Shown in pieces: positions 24,610 through 36,912 of a stretch of DNA of 64,000 nucleotides; the stretch's first letter is position 1; every line of letters begins with the position of its first letter. The stretch spans positions 11,346,001 to 11,410,000 of the forward strand of contig JAYWIR010000001.1 in assembly GCA_036172245.1 (NCBI GenBank). Direction: 5' to 3'. The translations under genes and the position numbers were made by a program. This DNA is from Raillietiella orientalis. Its lineage: Eukaryota. The notes beneath the pieces are model-generated. The model saw only the letters and a program-made list of their open reading frames with translations, was not told the origin of the DNA and ran no database searches.

Positions 24610-26514
24610 AACCTGAAAGACTGGTACGGCTGGAGGCGGGCGGAGACTCCCAGGGCTCCTTCCCCTCCCGGAACTCGCCCCTCTTCCGGAGCACGGAGGG
24701 TTTTGCAGGGCAGCGCGGCGCTCCGAGACAGCGAGGTGCAAAAGCTGCTCCTGCTGGCAGGGAACTCGGCTTCGCCCTGGTTCCTGAAAGCGGGCCCTCA
24801 GATCGTGAGTTTCTCTTCCGCCTGTCGTGAAGGCAACGTGTGTCTCTTCGAGCGGTCGTTGGGAACCGACGACGCCCGCAGCGCCACTCTGCACGACCCT
24901 GTCCTGCCATTTAGCCTCAGGGGAGACACACAAACACACACATGCAAAAAAAAAAAAAGTTCGTTGCTTCTCCGCTTTGTTCTCACAAGGTGACCGCTCG
25001 CCAGCAGATCTTTTCTGCCTCTATCGACAAAAGATCTGCTACTCCCTGAAGGAGGAGGAGGAAGAGAAGGGTTCCACCTCTGGAGAGGTGGTCTCACTCC
25101 TTGGTCCTCCTTCATGCTACCTGTGACGCCACGGACCGCGCTCAGCTGCTCAGTGCGGTACACCCTCCTGAGATGGCGGCGGATTCCAGCGACTTCTAGA
25201 ACCCACACGGCACGCCCAGTGCAGCATCTTCGAAGGACCGTGCTCCAAAGACGGAGGGGCCTCTTCGGTGAGGATCTTTTTCCGGGAAGGCGTCGAATCT
25301 CGTCTAAGGAGGCACGCGATAAGCGTGTCCCGCTAAGACCCCACTAGACGTAGGGACTTCCGGGGATTAGCGTGACCTCCCTATGGCCGCCATCACGTCG
25401 AATTTCAAGAGAACTCTGATGCCGGCGAGATGCGAAACGACGCTGCCGTGGATCACCAGGAAGTGCGTAGGCGGAAGCACAATCCTTTCTCTGGCTGTCG
25501 GGCACAACCAGCACGTCATCGAAGGACTGCAATCGATGGACCATCAGGGATTGCCGCTTTCTGTTTCATCTCTTCGGGTGAGCATCTTGGTTTTGGTGAC
25601 ACTGAAAACGCACCTTTTTTTTTTTCATTCACCCAGGCGGTGGAATTCAGCCAACCAAGAGGCGCCCTCCAGAGACGAGATTTCGTCTTCCTGCAGGAAG
25701 AGCTGGACCCATGCTCCCTAGTCAGACGAAACAGGAACGAAATGAAAATGCCGGCAGAGTAAAGAAGGCTTTTCCTCCTTTCCATAGGTGGGAGCGTTCT
25801 TCTGAAGACGGAGCGTTCTTTCATCTCAGATTGCAGAGGAAGGCGTCTACGGCTCAACATACCTACGTTCCAGTAACCTTCTTAGGCAAAGCTCTCCCTC
25901 ATTGCTATTATAATTCGCGTCACAGTCCATTACTGACCGTTAATTACTAGCTAATGTAACGATCGTCGCGTTTTCACAGAGGCGGAAAGCGCGGAAAGGG
26001 TTTGCGGGGGAAGCGCGAATCAGCACGCGCTTCGCATCCACTCCTCCTTTCTTCCAGCGGGGAACTACGTAACTCGTGAATACTCTCTTGCGACTCCTTG
26101 AATTAACTAGAATTACACAGCTTCCGATGCAAGCAGATAGGAATCCAGCGCGGCCAGGTGGCCAACAATGCAAGGCCATGCAACAATGCAAGGCCATGCA
26201 ACAATGCACCGTCATGCAACAATGCACCGTCCGGCAACAATGCTGCCAAGCACTCCATGGTCTTGCTGAATGCCGTTCTGCGACGCACACTCTCGAGCAG
26301 TCGATCACGGCCGTCGGTCGAACCGCGCCGATTCCTGCTGCGAATATCTGCCAAACCAGATGCGACTCCGAAGAAGCGCAAGTCGACGCCTCCGATACCC
26401 GCCAGCCCTGCCTTCTCCGGAATCGGAAGGAGAATGTTTTGTACGGAAAAAGAAGACTTTCCGCATCGCATGGGCACCACTGATTGCGAATACTCGGGCT
26501 TCATGCGTGCATAA
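24610..26514 (+). pseudogene. Spliced gene or pseudogene for a sushi/CCP-like, possibly single-pass membrane protein
   Basis: Removing a 28-nt intron 24805-24832 (GTGAGT...GAAG) gives FLKAGPQIATCVSSSGRWEPTTPAAPLC, resembling the CCP pattern F.L.G....C...G.W....P.C. A clear intron lies at 25578-25636 (GTGAGC...poly-T...CAG). A hydrophobic stretch near 25865-25935 is followed by RRKARK. Stops and frameshifts prevent a full model. Confidence 0.4.
26163..26243 (+). repeat. 18-bp tandem repeat, 4.5 copies (CAACAATGCAAGGCCATG / CAACAATGCACCGTCATG)
   Basis: Read directly. Unit length is a multiple of 3 and it lies within open frames (NNARPC or QQCKAM repeats). Confidence 0.95.
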
Positions 26515-27949
26515 AGTACTGTTCTTCTGCACGCACACACCAGCCGCGTGAAGGCATCAGCACGTTTCGTTGCCGCTTGCAGAGGCATTCAGTTCCCACA
26601 GACCCCTTGATGCACATGGAATCCCTGGTGCTGTGGACAACCTGAAACACGTGAAGATCGAGAACGTTCCATGGAGCCTTGGAGCTACTTGCTTTCCGTG
26701 ATCCATTCTCAAGATCAGGAGCCCACAAGCAGAACACAAGTAGCTGATGGGTGTCCATCTTTGCGGCCAAATGTCTGGAAGGCACCTTTGGATTCGTCTG
26801 ACACCGCAACCTTCACAGGTTCGAACCCACGATAGCATGACACATTGAAATAAAACAAAGCGTAGCAGAATCGGATTGTTCTTCATACCTAGGATGGAAT
26901 TATGAGGTCCAAGATTGCTCGTTTCTCAGCTCGGCATTCTCAGCATTCTCAGCATCTTCGGTACTCAGTGCAAGTGCAATGATTCTTTTTTGTGTATGTT
27001 TGCTCTGGATGTGCCAAGAGACACTAGACCCCTCGGCGCAACCAGTGCAGAAGATGTGCTCGGGAAGAGCTGGGATAGCAGCTGCTTCTTAGGTCCCTTT
27101 TGATTCCAGATCACGTGTCTGGAAAAGGGCCGGTCATGATGGTCATCAGGGAAACGCTTTACTCTCGTGCAATAGTCAACATCTGAGAAAGAAACACCCC
27201 GAGCCTTTCTTTGCTTTCCGAAGATCCTCACCTGCGTGCGCTATCCTTCGAGGAGCTGTCGAATCCGCTCGAGCACTTCCGCCCTCCCACGAGTAGGCTG
27301 CAAACTCACATTCGGATGTTAAGAAGGGCCACCGCAAGGGCCGAAAATGCGACGTCGAGAATTTCCAGGGGATCGACGGAAACTTCTGGAGAGGCGAAGG
27401 TGAAGCCCACCGCTTGCATTGAGCATTTTTGTTTCTGATTGTTCCCTAGCTCGAGGCAGGGTGCAGAGATAGCGCCAGAGCGACCGCATCCGGTGGATGC
27501 AGCCGGCCCAAACACCACGAATTCTCTTTTAGAGTCTGCCTGCATGGCAGTCAGTAATTCCTAGCGTGATGCCGATTCTCCTACGAAACGCATGCGAATT
27601 GAGCGTTTCGGGCTACACGACGGATGCTGCAGTTTGTCATCTGACGCAACCTCGAAAGCTGCCTATCGGCTCCTCACCGGGAAGCACCGCCGACCACTCT
27701 GCGCCATCCGTTAGTGGACGCATTAGTGAATCGCTTGTTTGGGTGTGGAAATGGTGGAGCACCGCCCTGCCCAGCAGTTCCAGACTCAATCTGTCACTCC
27801 GTTTCGGGTGTGCATACCCCCACAGCTTCCGTGGCGACAGGCTCGGGTTGCCGTGGAAACGCGAACTTGCTGGGTTCGCCGAAGCTCCATTTCTTTTATT
27901 AAAAAGGAGATCGTAACTGTTGGCCTAAGGATGATTCGTTTTTGCTTTT

Positions 27950-28092
27950 TCCCACTTCCTTCCTCCACCACTTTCTCTTCCTCCTCCTCCTTTCTTCCCC
28001 CTATCTTCCTCTTCCTTTCTTCCCCTTATCTTCCTCCTCCCTTCCCCTTCCCTTCTTCCTCCACCTCCCTTCCTCCTCCTCCTCCTTTTTTT
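27950..28092. repeat. Polypyrimidine (TCC/TTC)-rich low-complexity tract
   Basis: Almost purine-free plus strand: ttcctcctcctcctttcttccccc... Confidence 0.85.
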
Positions 28093-28949
28093 CTGGGTTC
28101 GCCAGAGAACCGCCGCTTCACCCCACGAGACCATTGGAGTGGCTCGGCCACGCCGCCACTTGGGTGTTCTCTGCGACGCAGCCGAGGTGCACGTGAAGCA
28201 GCGACGGAGGACCCCGGAGGAACCACACTCGACTCATGGACGGGGTCGGGCCGCTGAGAGCGAGCGCACGTTTGCCGGTGAGCACCCGAGGCCTCTACCG
28301 TCCCCGCGCCTTCTTACGAGGGCTGGAAGAATCCCAGACGCGTCCAGCCCGTCGTCGACCGTCTGAAGGGGTCACTGGGCTCCGAGTGCGGACGCAGAAC
28401 ACGGGCGACACCTCGCGTTTTTCGATTCCCTGAGTCCTCCTCAACTTTGGAGGGAGTATTTTTCTGGGGAAACGGGACTCGTTGCGCGGAAACAAAACAT
28501 GGCGAATGTGCGCGCGACCAGAAAAGCAGCAGAGGACGTCGAGGGGGTCCGACGGTGCTTCTTCCTGCTTCCCTTTTTTAACCTCTTTGAGGCCCTCTTC
28601 CGCCCCCGGCCAGGAGAAGAAGCGAGTCGCGAACCTCCTGGAAAACGCCTTGTGTGTGCGTCTGTGTATGTGGGATGGGGAGGGGCAAAGGGAAGTTGCG
28701 CGCTTGGTTGAAAGACCTGGAGACTCCGCACCGTGATGATGGTCTCAGACTTCTGGCGCGTCGATTCCAGCAGCGAAGGACTGGACGTCACACCAGGGCG
28801 TTCCTGCGCGCTCCTCGCCGGGAGGGCAGCCTTCATGGAAAGCTGCCATGTAAGGAGTGGGAGTGGGGGGGAAGCAACGCCCTTCTCCGCCCGCCATAAT
28901 CCCGCGGAGGCCAGGGACGTGGCTGGCACAAAGAGGTGCCGCCTCACTG

Positions 28950-30130
28950 TTCCCGACGAAAGTCGGTCCAGCCTGGAAGGGTACGGGGGTTGACGCGGCC
29001 CGTGGGAAGGTGCAGGAGAGACTCTATTTCTCCCCCCAGCCCAGCGACACCGGCGGGCGTCCCACGGGAGACCCCGACGCGCTGTGTCGAGCGCCGACGC
29101 TTCAAGGGGAGTCCGCCGTCACGGGCAGCTCCGGACCTCCCGGGAGCGTCTCCGGGATCCAGGACGAGCGGCTCGAGGTCGCAGCGGTCAGCTGGCCCAT
29201 CGAAGGGTTCTCCTCGTCGGCAGGCCCTTCGTTCCCTCACTAACGCCTCTGCCCACGAGCTCCTTCCCTTGATGGGGTCCATCTCGACGATCCCTTGCCT
29301 GCAGGAGGGCAGTCGCACCCCTCCCGTCGCCTTCGCCGTGAGCCCCCCCCCTCCCCGGGTGAATCCCACGAAGGGCCACAGGAAAAGACTACCCCGGCTC
29401 CTCGTCTTGCGGTTCCATCGCGGGCCGGCGGGCTGTCCTCCCACGCGTCGGGTCGTCGCCCGGCGAGCTTCCCTGAAGACCCTCGCCCAAGGGGCAAGTC
29501 GTCTCCTCCCTCACCGCCCGCCCGGACGCCCTCCGTGTCCGGGGATCGAACGCCCTCGAGCGCGAAGCCCGGCACGGCGTGCAGCTTGACAGTGGCCGAT
29601 GGCGACCCGGAATTCAGGTGCCGCGGGGTTCTTCCTTCGGGCTCGCCCTCCCCCCGGTCCCGTGACGCCGGCGGGCGTCGCACAGAGACCTCGACGCCTG
29701 CCGATTCAAGGGGAGGGCGGAGTCGTCCGTCAGCACCTCAGACAATTGGCGCTCCTTTTGGAGGTGTCCGCAGTCCCTGTTCGGCGGAGCAGAGACTCTG
29801 GGTGGGGACGAAGAGTCGCAGCGTCAGATGGCCGCCCCTGTATCTCACCCCCCAGTCGCGCTTCCGGGGCCCCACTGCCTCCCTCAAGGACGGCGGCGCT
29901 GCTGCAGGAGAGGAGGATCATCGAGACCCAATGGCATGGGCCGCTCGGGGACTGAGGGGCAAGCGGCACTGGGCATCGCCGGCTCCGCGGCTGCTCCGGG
30001 CTCGCGATCCCTCCCCGCGTCCCGGCTGTTTCCCGTAGTCCGGGCGCCGCGGAGCGGCAGGGGACGGGACCCTTCCTCTTGTCCGGGGCGAACAGTCAGC
30101 GGGCCCTCAGGGGGGCTGACGGGGAAGGAT
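28950..30130 (-). mobile_element. Decayed Penelope-like element relic (RT motif B to GIY-YIG)
   Basis: GQEEGSRPLPL (motif B), GLDDPPLL at ~29928-29905 (DD retained), ERQLSEVLT, TPRHLNSGSPSATVKLHAVPGF (cf. T.RYLN..S.H...VK..VV.G), LWPFVGFT, and GEIESLLHL. Confidence 0.6.
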
Positions 30131-30449
30131 GTCCCCCTCGTGGCAGTCGTCTGCCCTCACAGCGAGGAGGCGCGCAGGAACGCGCCGCCATCCTGCAGAG
30201 GATGAAAAGGATGCCTCGGGTTATACTGTGACCCCTTCCCGAACACCCACAGATCAGGCTCCCCATTTTTTTCACCTTCCTCCCTTTACTTCTTTCGTTT
30301 CTTGTTTATTCCCCTTCCCTGCGTTTCCAGAACGGACCCTCCCCCCCCCTTCTCTTGTGGCAAACTTAGGGGGCCAGCAGTCGCGCCAGTGCGACAGGAC
30401 CGCAGTCCAGCGCGGGTGCGCGTCGTGGGCGCAGGGGAGCGAATTCGCC

Positions 30450-31060
30450 TCCAGGCCCAAGACCACCTTCACGGCTTTCCCTGGAAGGCTCAGACAAGTC
30501 CGGCTGGCGAGTGGGACCGGGAATGGCGGCGGCTCCCCCATTCCTCTCTCCACCGGAGCACGCGGTTCCCATTGGATGCTGAGCCACCTCGGAACAAGCA
30601 CGTTGGCTCGCGAGGAGCGCGCCCTCTTCGCCTGAGGGCTGACACTGCAGTGACCTCGTCGGGGTCGCTCGCTCCGCCATGCGACAGCAGCGCCGCCAGC
30701 GCGCCCTGGCGAAACGTCCCGGGAAGGACCTCTTCCTCGGCGGTGCCGACCGCCGCCGCGTGACCCCGTGCGGGTGGCGGAGCTCGGCCCGGCCCGAAGA
30801 ATTCGCCTGCCCGCCACGCCTGCGGGCAGGAACGACCGCTTGGCGTGGAATCTTTCCTATCTGTGCCCTCGGCTCGCTCGAGGATTTTGGTGGCGCGCCT
30901 TCTGGGAAAACCAACGCAGGACCTCGACGGGTGGAGGGACGGGAGCTGCTGCTGTTCTCAACGCTGACCCCGAGCTCCTGCGCCATCTCGAAGACACGGC
31001 ACTTACGAGGAGAGCGAGGTCCTCAGCTCCTGCTGCCTGGAGAGTCCTCCATTTCATCCT
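30450..31060 (+). mobile_element. Decayed PLE RT relic (motif B to thumb)
   Basis: KTTFTAFPGRLRQVRLASGTGNGGGSPIPLS...WMLSHL (cf. TTYF.FNGKFY.Q..G.AMGSPLSP...FMEHL), PGKDLFLG, NDRLAWNLSYLCP, and PELLRHLEDT. Confidence 0.65.
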
Positions 31061-31109
31061 AAGCCGAGCGACTGACCAGCGCCACCCCATCCGGCACGGC
31101 TTCCTCGCT

Positions 31110-31260
31110 GTGTAGAAGCGTCTTTGTACTTCCTCTTTTCAAGCTCTCGGTCCGATTCTCCTACGATTTCTGTCGATCTGATTGACACCACTGAGCCTTC
31201 CTCTCTCCGCTTTCTTACTTTCCTGGCTTCGAGGTGTTCAATTGTGATCACGACGGCTTC
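31110..31260 (-). mobile_element. PLE GIY-YIG relic fragment
   Basis: GSVVSIRSTEIVGESDRELEKRKYK (cf. GVVY.I.C...YVGET.R.L..R..EH) in ORF 31054..31344. Confidence 0.5.
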
Positions 31261-32839
31261 CTCGCTTGCCGGAGGTTCCGCGTCTGCACGACGACACCGG
31301 GGGTGCACGTCTCTGCACGCGGTGGCGTTTCCTGAACATCTCATCGACTCTCAGGGGGCGTTTGTCCAGAGGCGAGCACTCCCACCAGCCGTGGACGGAC
31401 ACCATTGGTGGCGGCGGTGGCAGAAGGTGCCGGCTCTTTGCCTACCAAGAACGGGGAGCTTCAAGCGGTGATCCGAGTCCGGCATCAGTGGCGAAGAACA
31501 AGACTGAGGTTTTCACCGAGGACGGAGGGAGGGCGACACCAGCGGACCGATCTGCAGGTTCATACCCTGAAGAGGAAGGCAGGACCACCAAAGGAAGTAC
31601 AAAGCGCCCAAGAAGACGTTGCTCTCCGGACGATCGACATGTCGAGCGGAGGACGCGCTCCCAGGCGGCCTTTCGTGGAAGAGGGGGAAGGCTGGGCGAC
31701 CGATGCGTGAGCCATGGGGAAGCGCCGGGAGAGGAGGAAGGAAAAAAAAAGGAAAAAAAGGCGAAGACTCCCCGCGCTGCGTGCAGAGAGGGGAAGAAGA
31801 ACTTCCCCCCGTCGAAGGTGACCTCGAATGCCGACGGCGGCGAGAACGCTGCGGAAGGTGGTGCTTGGGGGAATGCGGAGCGCTCGTCGCGACGGGCGCG
31901 TTTTTCCTCCGCGGCGGGTCGACCTCCGCGGCGGCGGCGTGTCGGAGATCGCGAGGAAGAGAGGACGCACTGCAAATTGCAGAGCCGGGAAAATCGACAA
32001 AGCCGTGTGCAGGATGCATGCACGAAGGGACGCGATCCGGGTATCCCTCCATTAGGCTGTCTCGGAGATGGTCGGTCGTCAGCGCACGGCACGCGGAACG
32101 CGTCGTCAAGATGGAGGGGGAGGGGGGGGCAGGGAAGTTTTCTCGAGACCTTGCAAGAATTGCAATTTTCATTTTCGGTCCGCGCGCGCACTCGGGCAGA
32201 GCGACTGGAGGGGGGGGGAGCGGAAGCGGTGTCGCCACCGGAGCAGCAGAAACAGCTCGCGACGACTGGTTCCCATGGAGAACGCCTCCTCGGAATTGGC
32301 GCGGATTCCGAGCGCTGCGTTCCCAGGAGCGACGGAGCGGAAACGTTCCGCTGCCCCAACGACGGGACACCTCCGGGAAGAGAAGGCCGCTCGGAAGGCG
32401 GTTGCTGGGGTTCAGCGGAGGATGCCGCCGGCAAGAGACAGCGGAGACAGCAGCGCAGGGTGGGCTGACCTGAAGGACGGTGTCACGCGCAGAAAGAGCC
32501 CCAGGGTGGCGGAGCCGAATGGGTTGTGTCAGTCGCTCCCGACTGCCAGAACCAGGAACCGGCGGTCTGGACTTCCGTTCCCAAACCATCGTGGTGGCGA
32601 CCCCCTCGAAAGCCTGCTTTGACCCTCCTGGTCGCCAGCCGAGACCGGTTCGCCTCTGCCTTCTCATCTCGCTGGCACGCTCCCCACCGGAGAACCCGTA
32701 GCCTCCCGCAGCCCCTATGCCTTCGATCCCTGCCGCGGTTCTCACGTGCCCCTCTTAAAGGGCCAGCATCGACCTCGCGGGGAATTCGTCCTTGCTGCTA
32801 GTCCAGGATGATGGGAATCCTTCCGGGCTCTTCCGCTCT

Positions 32840-33560
32840 CACTGCTTTTCTTCCAGCTTCCTTTGTTTCTTTGGTTCCCAAGGAGTGCTGAAGAACCATT
32901 TGCTTCCTTGCTCACGAAGCTCTGCCGACTGTCCGCGTCGCCCAGGGGTGCGCGTCACTCTCCGAGTTGTAAGGGACAACCCCGTAAGGACCGACCTCAA
33001 CCTGTGAATCCAGGAAGGACTTCGGGGAAAGGAAGGAGTCCGTTCCTGTCGCTTCCGGGAGGAGGGAACCAACGAAGAGAACCACCTCTTCCCTATTCTA
33101 CCTGGAGGGGCCCCACAGAGGGGCCGCTCCTAAGTTTCTTCTTTGGAGGGACCCCCCAGCAAGGGACCCCCCTTCTTCCCTCCTCTGAAGAGAACCCCGA
33201 AGGGATGCTTCCCAGTTTCTCTAAAGGACCACTCCCCGAAGGGAGCAGCGCGCTTCTCGCGCTCTGGAGAGGCGATTCCCCAAGATGGGCATCAACCAGC
33301 TCCATGGTACGCGCGATACAGGGTTTGACGTCCCCCCGAGGGGAAGGACGGCTTTATTTGCACAGCCGGAGGGGAACCCGAAGGGAAGAGGTGCTTCTGG
33401 GTTTTTGGAAGACTCTGGAGGGTCAATTTTTAATCCCGGCTGGTCGACGGGGGGGCATCTCGAAGCCAATCAGCACCATGCTTCTTGGAGGCTGCTGGAA
33501 ACCCTGTGACGCACCCCTCACTCTCTGCACCGGTCCTTCCGCGGACGCAATTGGAAGTGA
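32840..33560 (-). mobile_element. SINE-like repeat, copy B (head eroded)
   Basis: Collinear nucleotide similarity to 40510-41170, e.g. gtgctgaaga, cgagttgt..gggacaaccc, ggagtccgttcc, gaaccacctcttcc, aatcccggctggtc. Confidence 0.75.
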
Positions 33561-33899
33561 AAGCTTGCCGTGTCGGTCGGTCCGCACGCGAGTCGGTCAG
33601 CTGCCCCGTCGGTACCGGAGGCGTTGCTATGCCGACACCGAGTCCCTCCGGTTCGCCAGCCGGTTCGCGAAGTCCCGTTCCTTCTAGTGCCGGCTCGTGA
33701 GCCCGTGGAGCGGCAAGGCGGCAAGCCAGGGAGGGAGGGTGCGAGGGGGAAGGGGGAGTGGGGGGCACGGAAGGCACCGGAAGCACGGTGGTCAGCGCAG
33801 CGGAAGACGCGAACCAACAGACAGCGCCGAAGGGGGATGGGGGAGCTTGGCACGAGCGAGCTGACCACTGCACCGAAAGTTCAAGCGCACGGGGGGAAA

Positions 33900-34420
33900 C
33901 TCGGCAGGGACGTCATCCGAGGGGGAAGCTGGCGTAGGTGCCGGACACTGCACGGGCACCGCCTCCTGCAGGACACCAGGTCACATGCGGTTCCTCAGGC
34001 GGAGGGGACCAGGCAGGAATCAAACGGCCTCTCGCCCCAACCTAAGGCCCCCCCTCTTTCGCAGGAGGAGCAGGCGGTCTCCCGATGGTTCCCCTAGAAC
34101 GCCTGCCTCCCTACCAAGCAGGAAGTCGAGTCGCCATGGCACCCAGTAAGGGGTGGAGTAAGGGGATGTGGGGCTCCGAAGAAGTGCCGGTCGTGGAGAG
34201 GTGGTGCCTTCCGGTCGGACGGTGCAAGGCGAGGGTGGGCAACGTCCCGGATGCGCTGAAGGAGGGATCGCCCGCTCCTACCCGCGGGACCGGGAGCAGG
34301 CAGTCGGTCTAAACAGGCGCACCTGTTCCTTCCTGGAAGGCCACCCCGCTTGCACGGCTCTTCACCTGCAGCTTTCCGTCCTGCCGCTGCGATAAGCCGC
34401 TCGGTGGCACCTCGAGGTCA
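33900..34420 (+). mobile_element. Decayed PLE RT relic (motifs A-E)
   Basis: YQAGSRVAMAPS (cf. Y.Q..GVAMGSP), ARVGNV (motif C position), FLEGHPACTALHLQLSV (cf. FL.HLN..HP.IQFTV), and WHLEV. Confidence 0.55.
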
Positions 34421-35219
34421 AAAAGAGCGTCAGCTGCTGCTTATCTTCGCGCCCAGGATGACACCTGCCGGCAGGGATCGAAAGCGAACTGCACCCGCAA
34501 AGGAAGGAGCGTAGCGGACGGGCTAATGTGCTCACGGGGGAGGGGACGGGGGGCGGAATGAAGTGGCTCCTTGTCCGCGCAGCTTTGGACCAAGGAAGTC
34601 GACACGGGAGCAGTGCGTTGCTGAGTCGTCATCCAGCGAGCTGGTGGTCGTGGTGGTGGCGTCCGACCCTACCAGCATCGGGGAGCCCCCCCTCCCCCCC
34701 CCAAAAAAAAACTCTTGACGTGCGAGGAGAGTCTCTGCATGTCTTACGCAAAGTAAGACACCTCGCTCAGAGTTTTGTGTTGTTTGCGCACGCGCGGCCG
34801 GACCGCCGTATTAGGCGTTCTTACGCGAAAAAACGCGGACTATAAATTCTCCTCCTCCTCCCCCCTTCCCCCTCCTCCAGTAGGGAAAAAAGCGAACGGG
34901 CAGGAGGGCGGAACGTTTCGCGGCGTGTGAAATTTCCCCCGCTCGAGGTCGCCCCCGCCATCACGCCAGCGCGATGCGCGCCAGATTTCCGAAAAGCCGG
35001 TTGCCGAGCGGCCGGCTGCTCTCGGGTTACGCCGGTCGCGATCGGGCCCTCGCCGCCGGCGTTCGCTCTTGGCTCCCGGGGAACGTTCCAACTTCCACCA
35101 CTTCCGAAAACAATCCCGTCCGCGAAGACGCGACCGCGGGGCAGCGCGGGGTCGCCACCGCCGCCATTCCTCTCCTTCCTCTCAGTTCGCAATGGTTGCC
35201 GCGGCCTTGCAATGAGACA

Positions 35220-35980
35220 CCCCCCGTACACCGCTGATTCAGACGTGTACGTGGCGAACATCGACGCCATTCCTGCCGGGTTTTCGGCGCGCGTTCGCGG
35301 ACGTCTCCTCAAACGGTGGGTCCTACGCAGGCGTCAGGACTTTCTCCCAGGGGAATTCCAGCCGCCCTCGACCCGTCCCACCACTGAGGGCGAGTGCCGC
35401 GTGCTTTCCTCCGAGGCTCTCCGCCCGCCTGGCCCCGTCCCTTCGCATCGGGGGTAATCCGGGATCCCCCCAGAGGGATGCTCGGACGCCGTCGGAGGGT
35501 CGAAATCTTCAGCCGAGGGTGGAGCCCGCCACAAGAACTGCGCGATGAAGGCTGCGGGGATGGAGACGGTGGCGCCGCTCGGTCCTATGCGCACCTATTG
35601 GGATGCTGGGGAGGGGTGGGTCGTCCCCGCCCCACTTTCGCGGAGCACCCCGGCTCGGCTCGAAGAGGAGCTTCCGGGACGCCGGGACGCGTTCCCAGGC
35701 ACTCTCGTGTTCCGGAAACCCCCTGTCCCTTCCAGACCCCGCAAGGTGACGCCAGCCGGCGGGCGGAGCGACCGCCGATGGTCCATGCTGTTCCTCCTCC
35801 TCCCCAGCTTTTTTGTCTCAGGTCGCCGAAGCCGAGGGAGATGTGTGCCGCCGGCCCGGGTGCCTCGCGCGAGGGCTGCTGTCACTTGCCGCCCCTTTCC
35901 GGAAGCAAGCCGCCTTCCGGAGGAAACTGCTCCTGAAGCTGCGTCGTCCTTCGGACGAGTGACATCCCGATGCGCCTTCC
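35220..35980 (+). mobile_element. Decayed PLE RT relic
   Basis: TADSDVYVANIDAIP (motif A), SRGWSPPQELRD (motif B), PMRTYWDAGEGWVV (motif C position), RKVTPAGGRSDRRWSMLFL, and FPEASRLP. Confidence 0.5.
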
Positions 35981-36885
35981 CGCGGCATCGCAACCGCCAC
36001 CGCCACCACCTCACTCCATGACGACGGCGACGCAGCTCCTCCGCCGCTCGGGCAGACAACGAGGCGCAGTGGAGCCGCCGCCATCAGGAGGAGGACGCGG
36101 AGGAAGAAAGCGGGGGGCAGATGGAGGGGGAGCTTTTCTGGAGCCCTCCCCGGACAGGTCGGCAGCACCGTCGCCGTATGGATTCGCTCGACCGCTTTTT
36201 CCCCGTTTCTTCAAACCTTCTCGCCCTCCTCGCGCCACCTCCCCTTTGCGAGCTCTCCCGTAGCCGCTTTTCGCCATCGAGGAGGAGGAAAGCCTCCCAG
36301 AGGCGTCGGACTGCTCGTGCCGCATCCGCGCGAGCCGGACGGGCGGGCAGGAGGGAGCGCCTCCCGTCGCGGAATGCGGATCTTCCGCCTTCCATCTTGC
36401 GCGCGCCGAGGCGACGGCGTGTTTTTGCCGCCGCCGGTGCCGGCAGCGGCGGACCGCGCCGGACGGCGACGCTGCCGCACCAGAAAGCGCCGCGCGTCCT
36501 CACCCCGCGGCAGCCCTCGCCGCCGCCGCCGCCGGCGGAGGTGCCTCGTTTTGCACGGAGCCTGAAACAAGGATGATTGACAGCGCGCGTTCTGCGAGGC
36601 GTCTCCGCGACAACGGCCCAGGGCGCTGCATTCGGCGGGGCTGCAGCGGAGTGCGGCGTGGGGGGAAGGAGGAGGGGGGAATAAAAAAAAAAAAAAGTCG
36701 TGCGCGCGCTTCTTCGGCCGCCCATGCCCTAAAATTGGAACGACACAGGGAAGACCGGCACGGCCCCTGTGCAAGGATGACATGCAAGGAGAGAGGGGCA
36801 AAAGGAAAAAACGAAGGATGATGCCACGCCGAGGATGAAACGGCGCCAGCGAGAACCGACAAAGAAGAAAGGCAAGAGGCAGGCC

Positions 36886-36912
36886 AGAGAGAGAGAGAGA
36901 GAGAGAGAGAGG
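36886..36912 (+). repeat. (GA)n microsatellite
   Basis: Read directly. Confidence 0.9.

Noticed and set aside
25003-25040. 12-bp stem with 14-nt loop as a structured ncRNA or terminator
   Set aside because: The hairpin is real but short, partly due to self-palindromic AGATCT sites, and matches no RNA family I recognise.
26163-26243. CRISPR array
   Set aside because: Units abut with no unique spacers, there are no cas genes, and the context is eukaryotic.
27340-27475. SH3-like peptide (IDGNFWRGE-ARGRV) across a candidate intron
   Set aside because: An in-frame stop follows immediately and the G.FP..YV motif is missing; too short to call.
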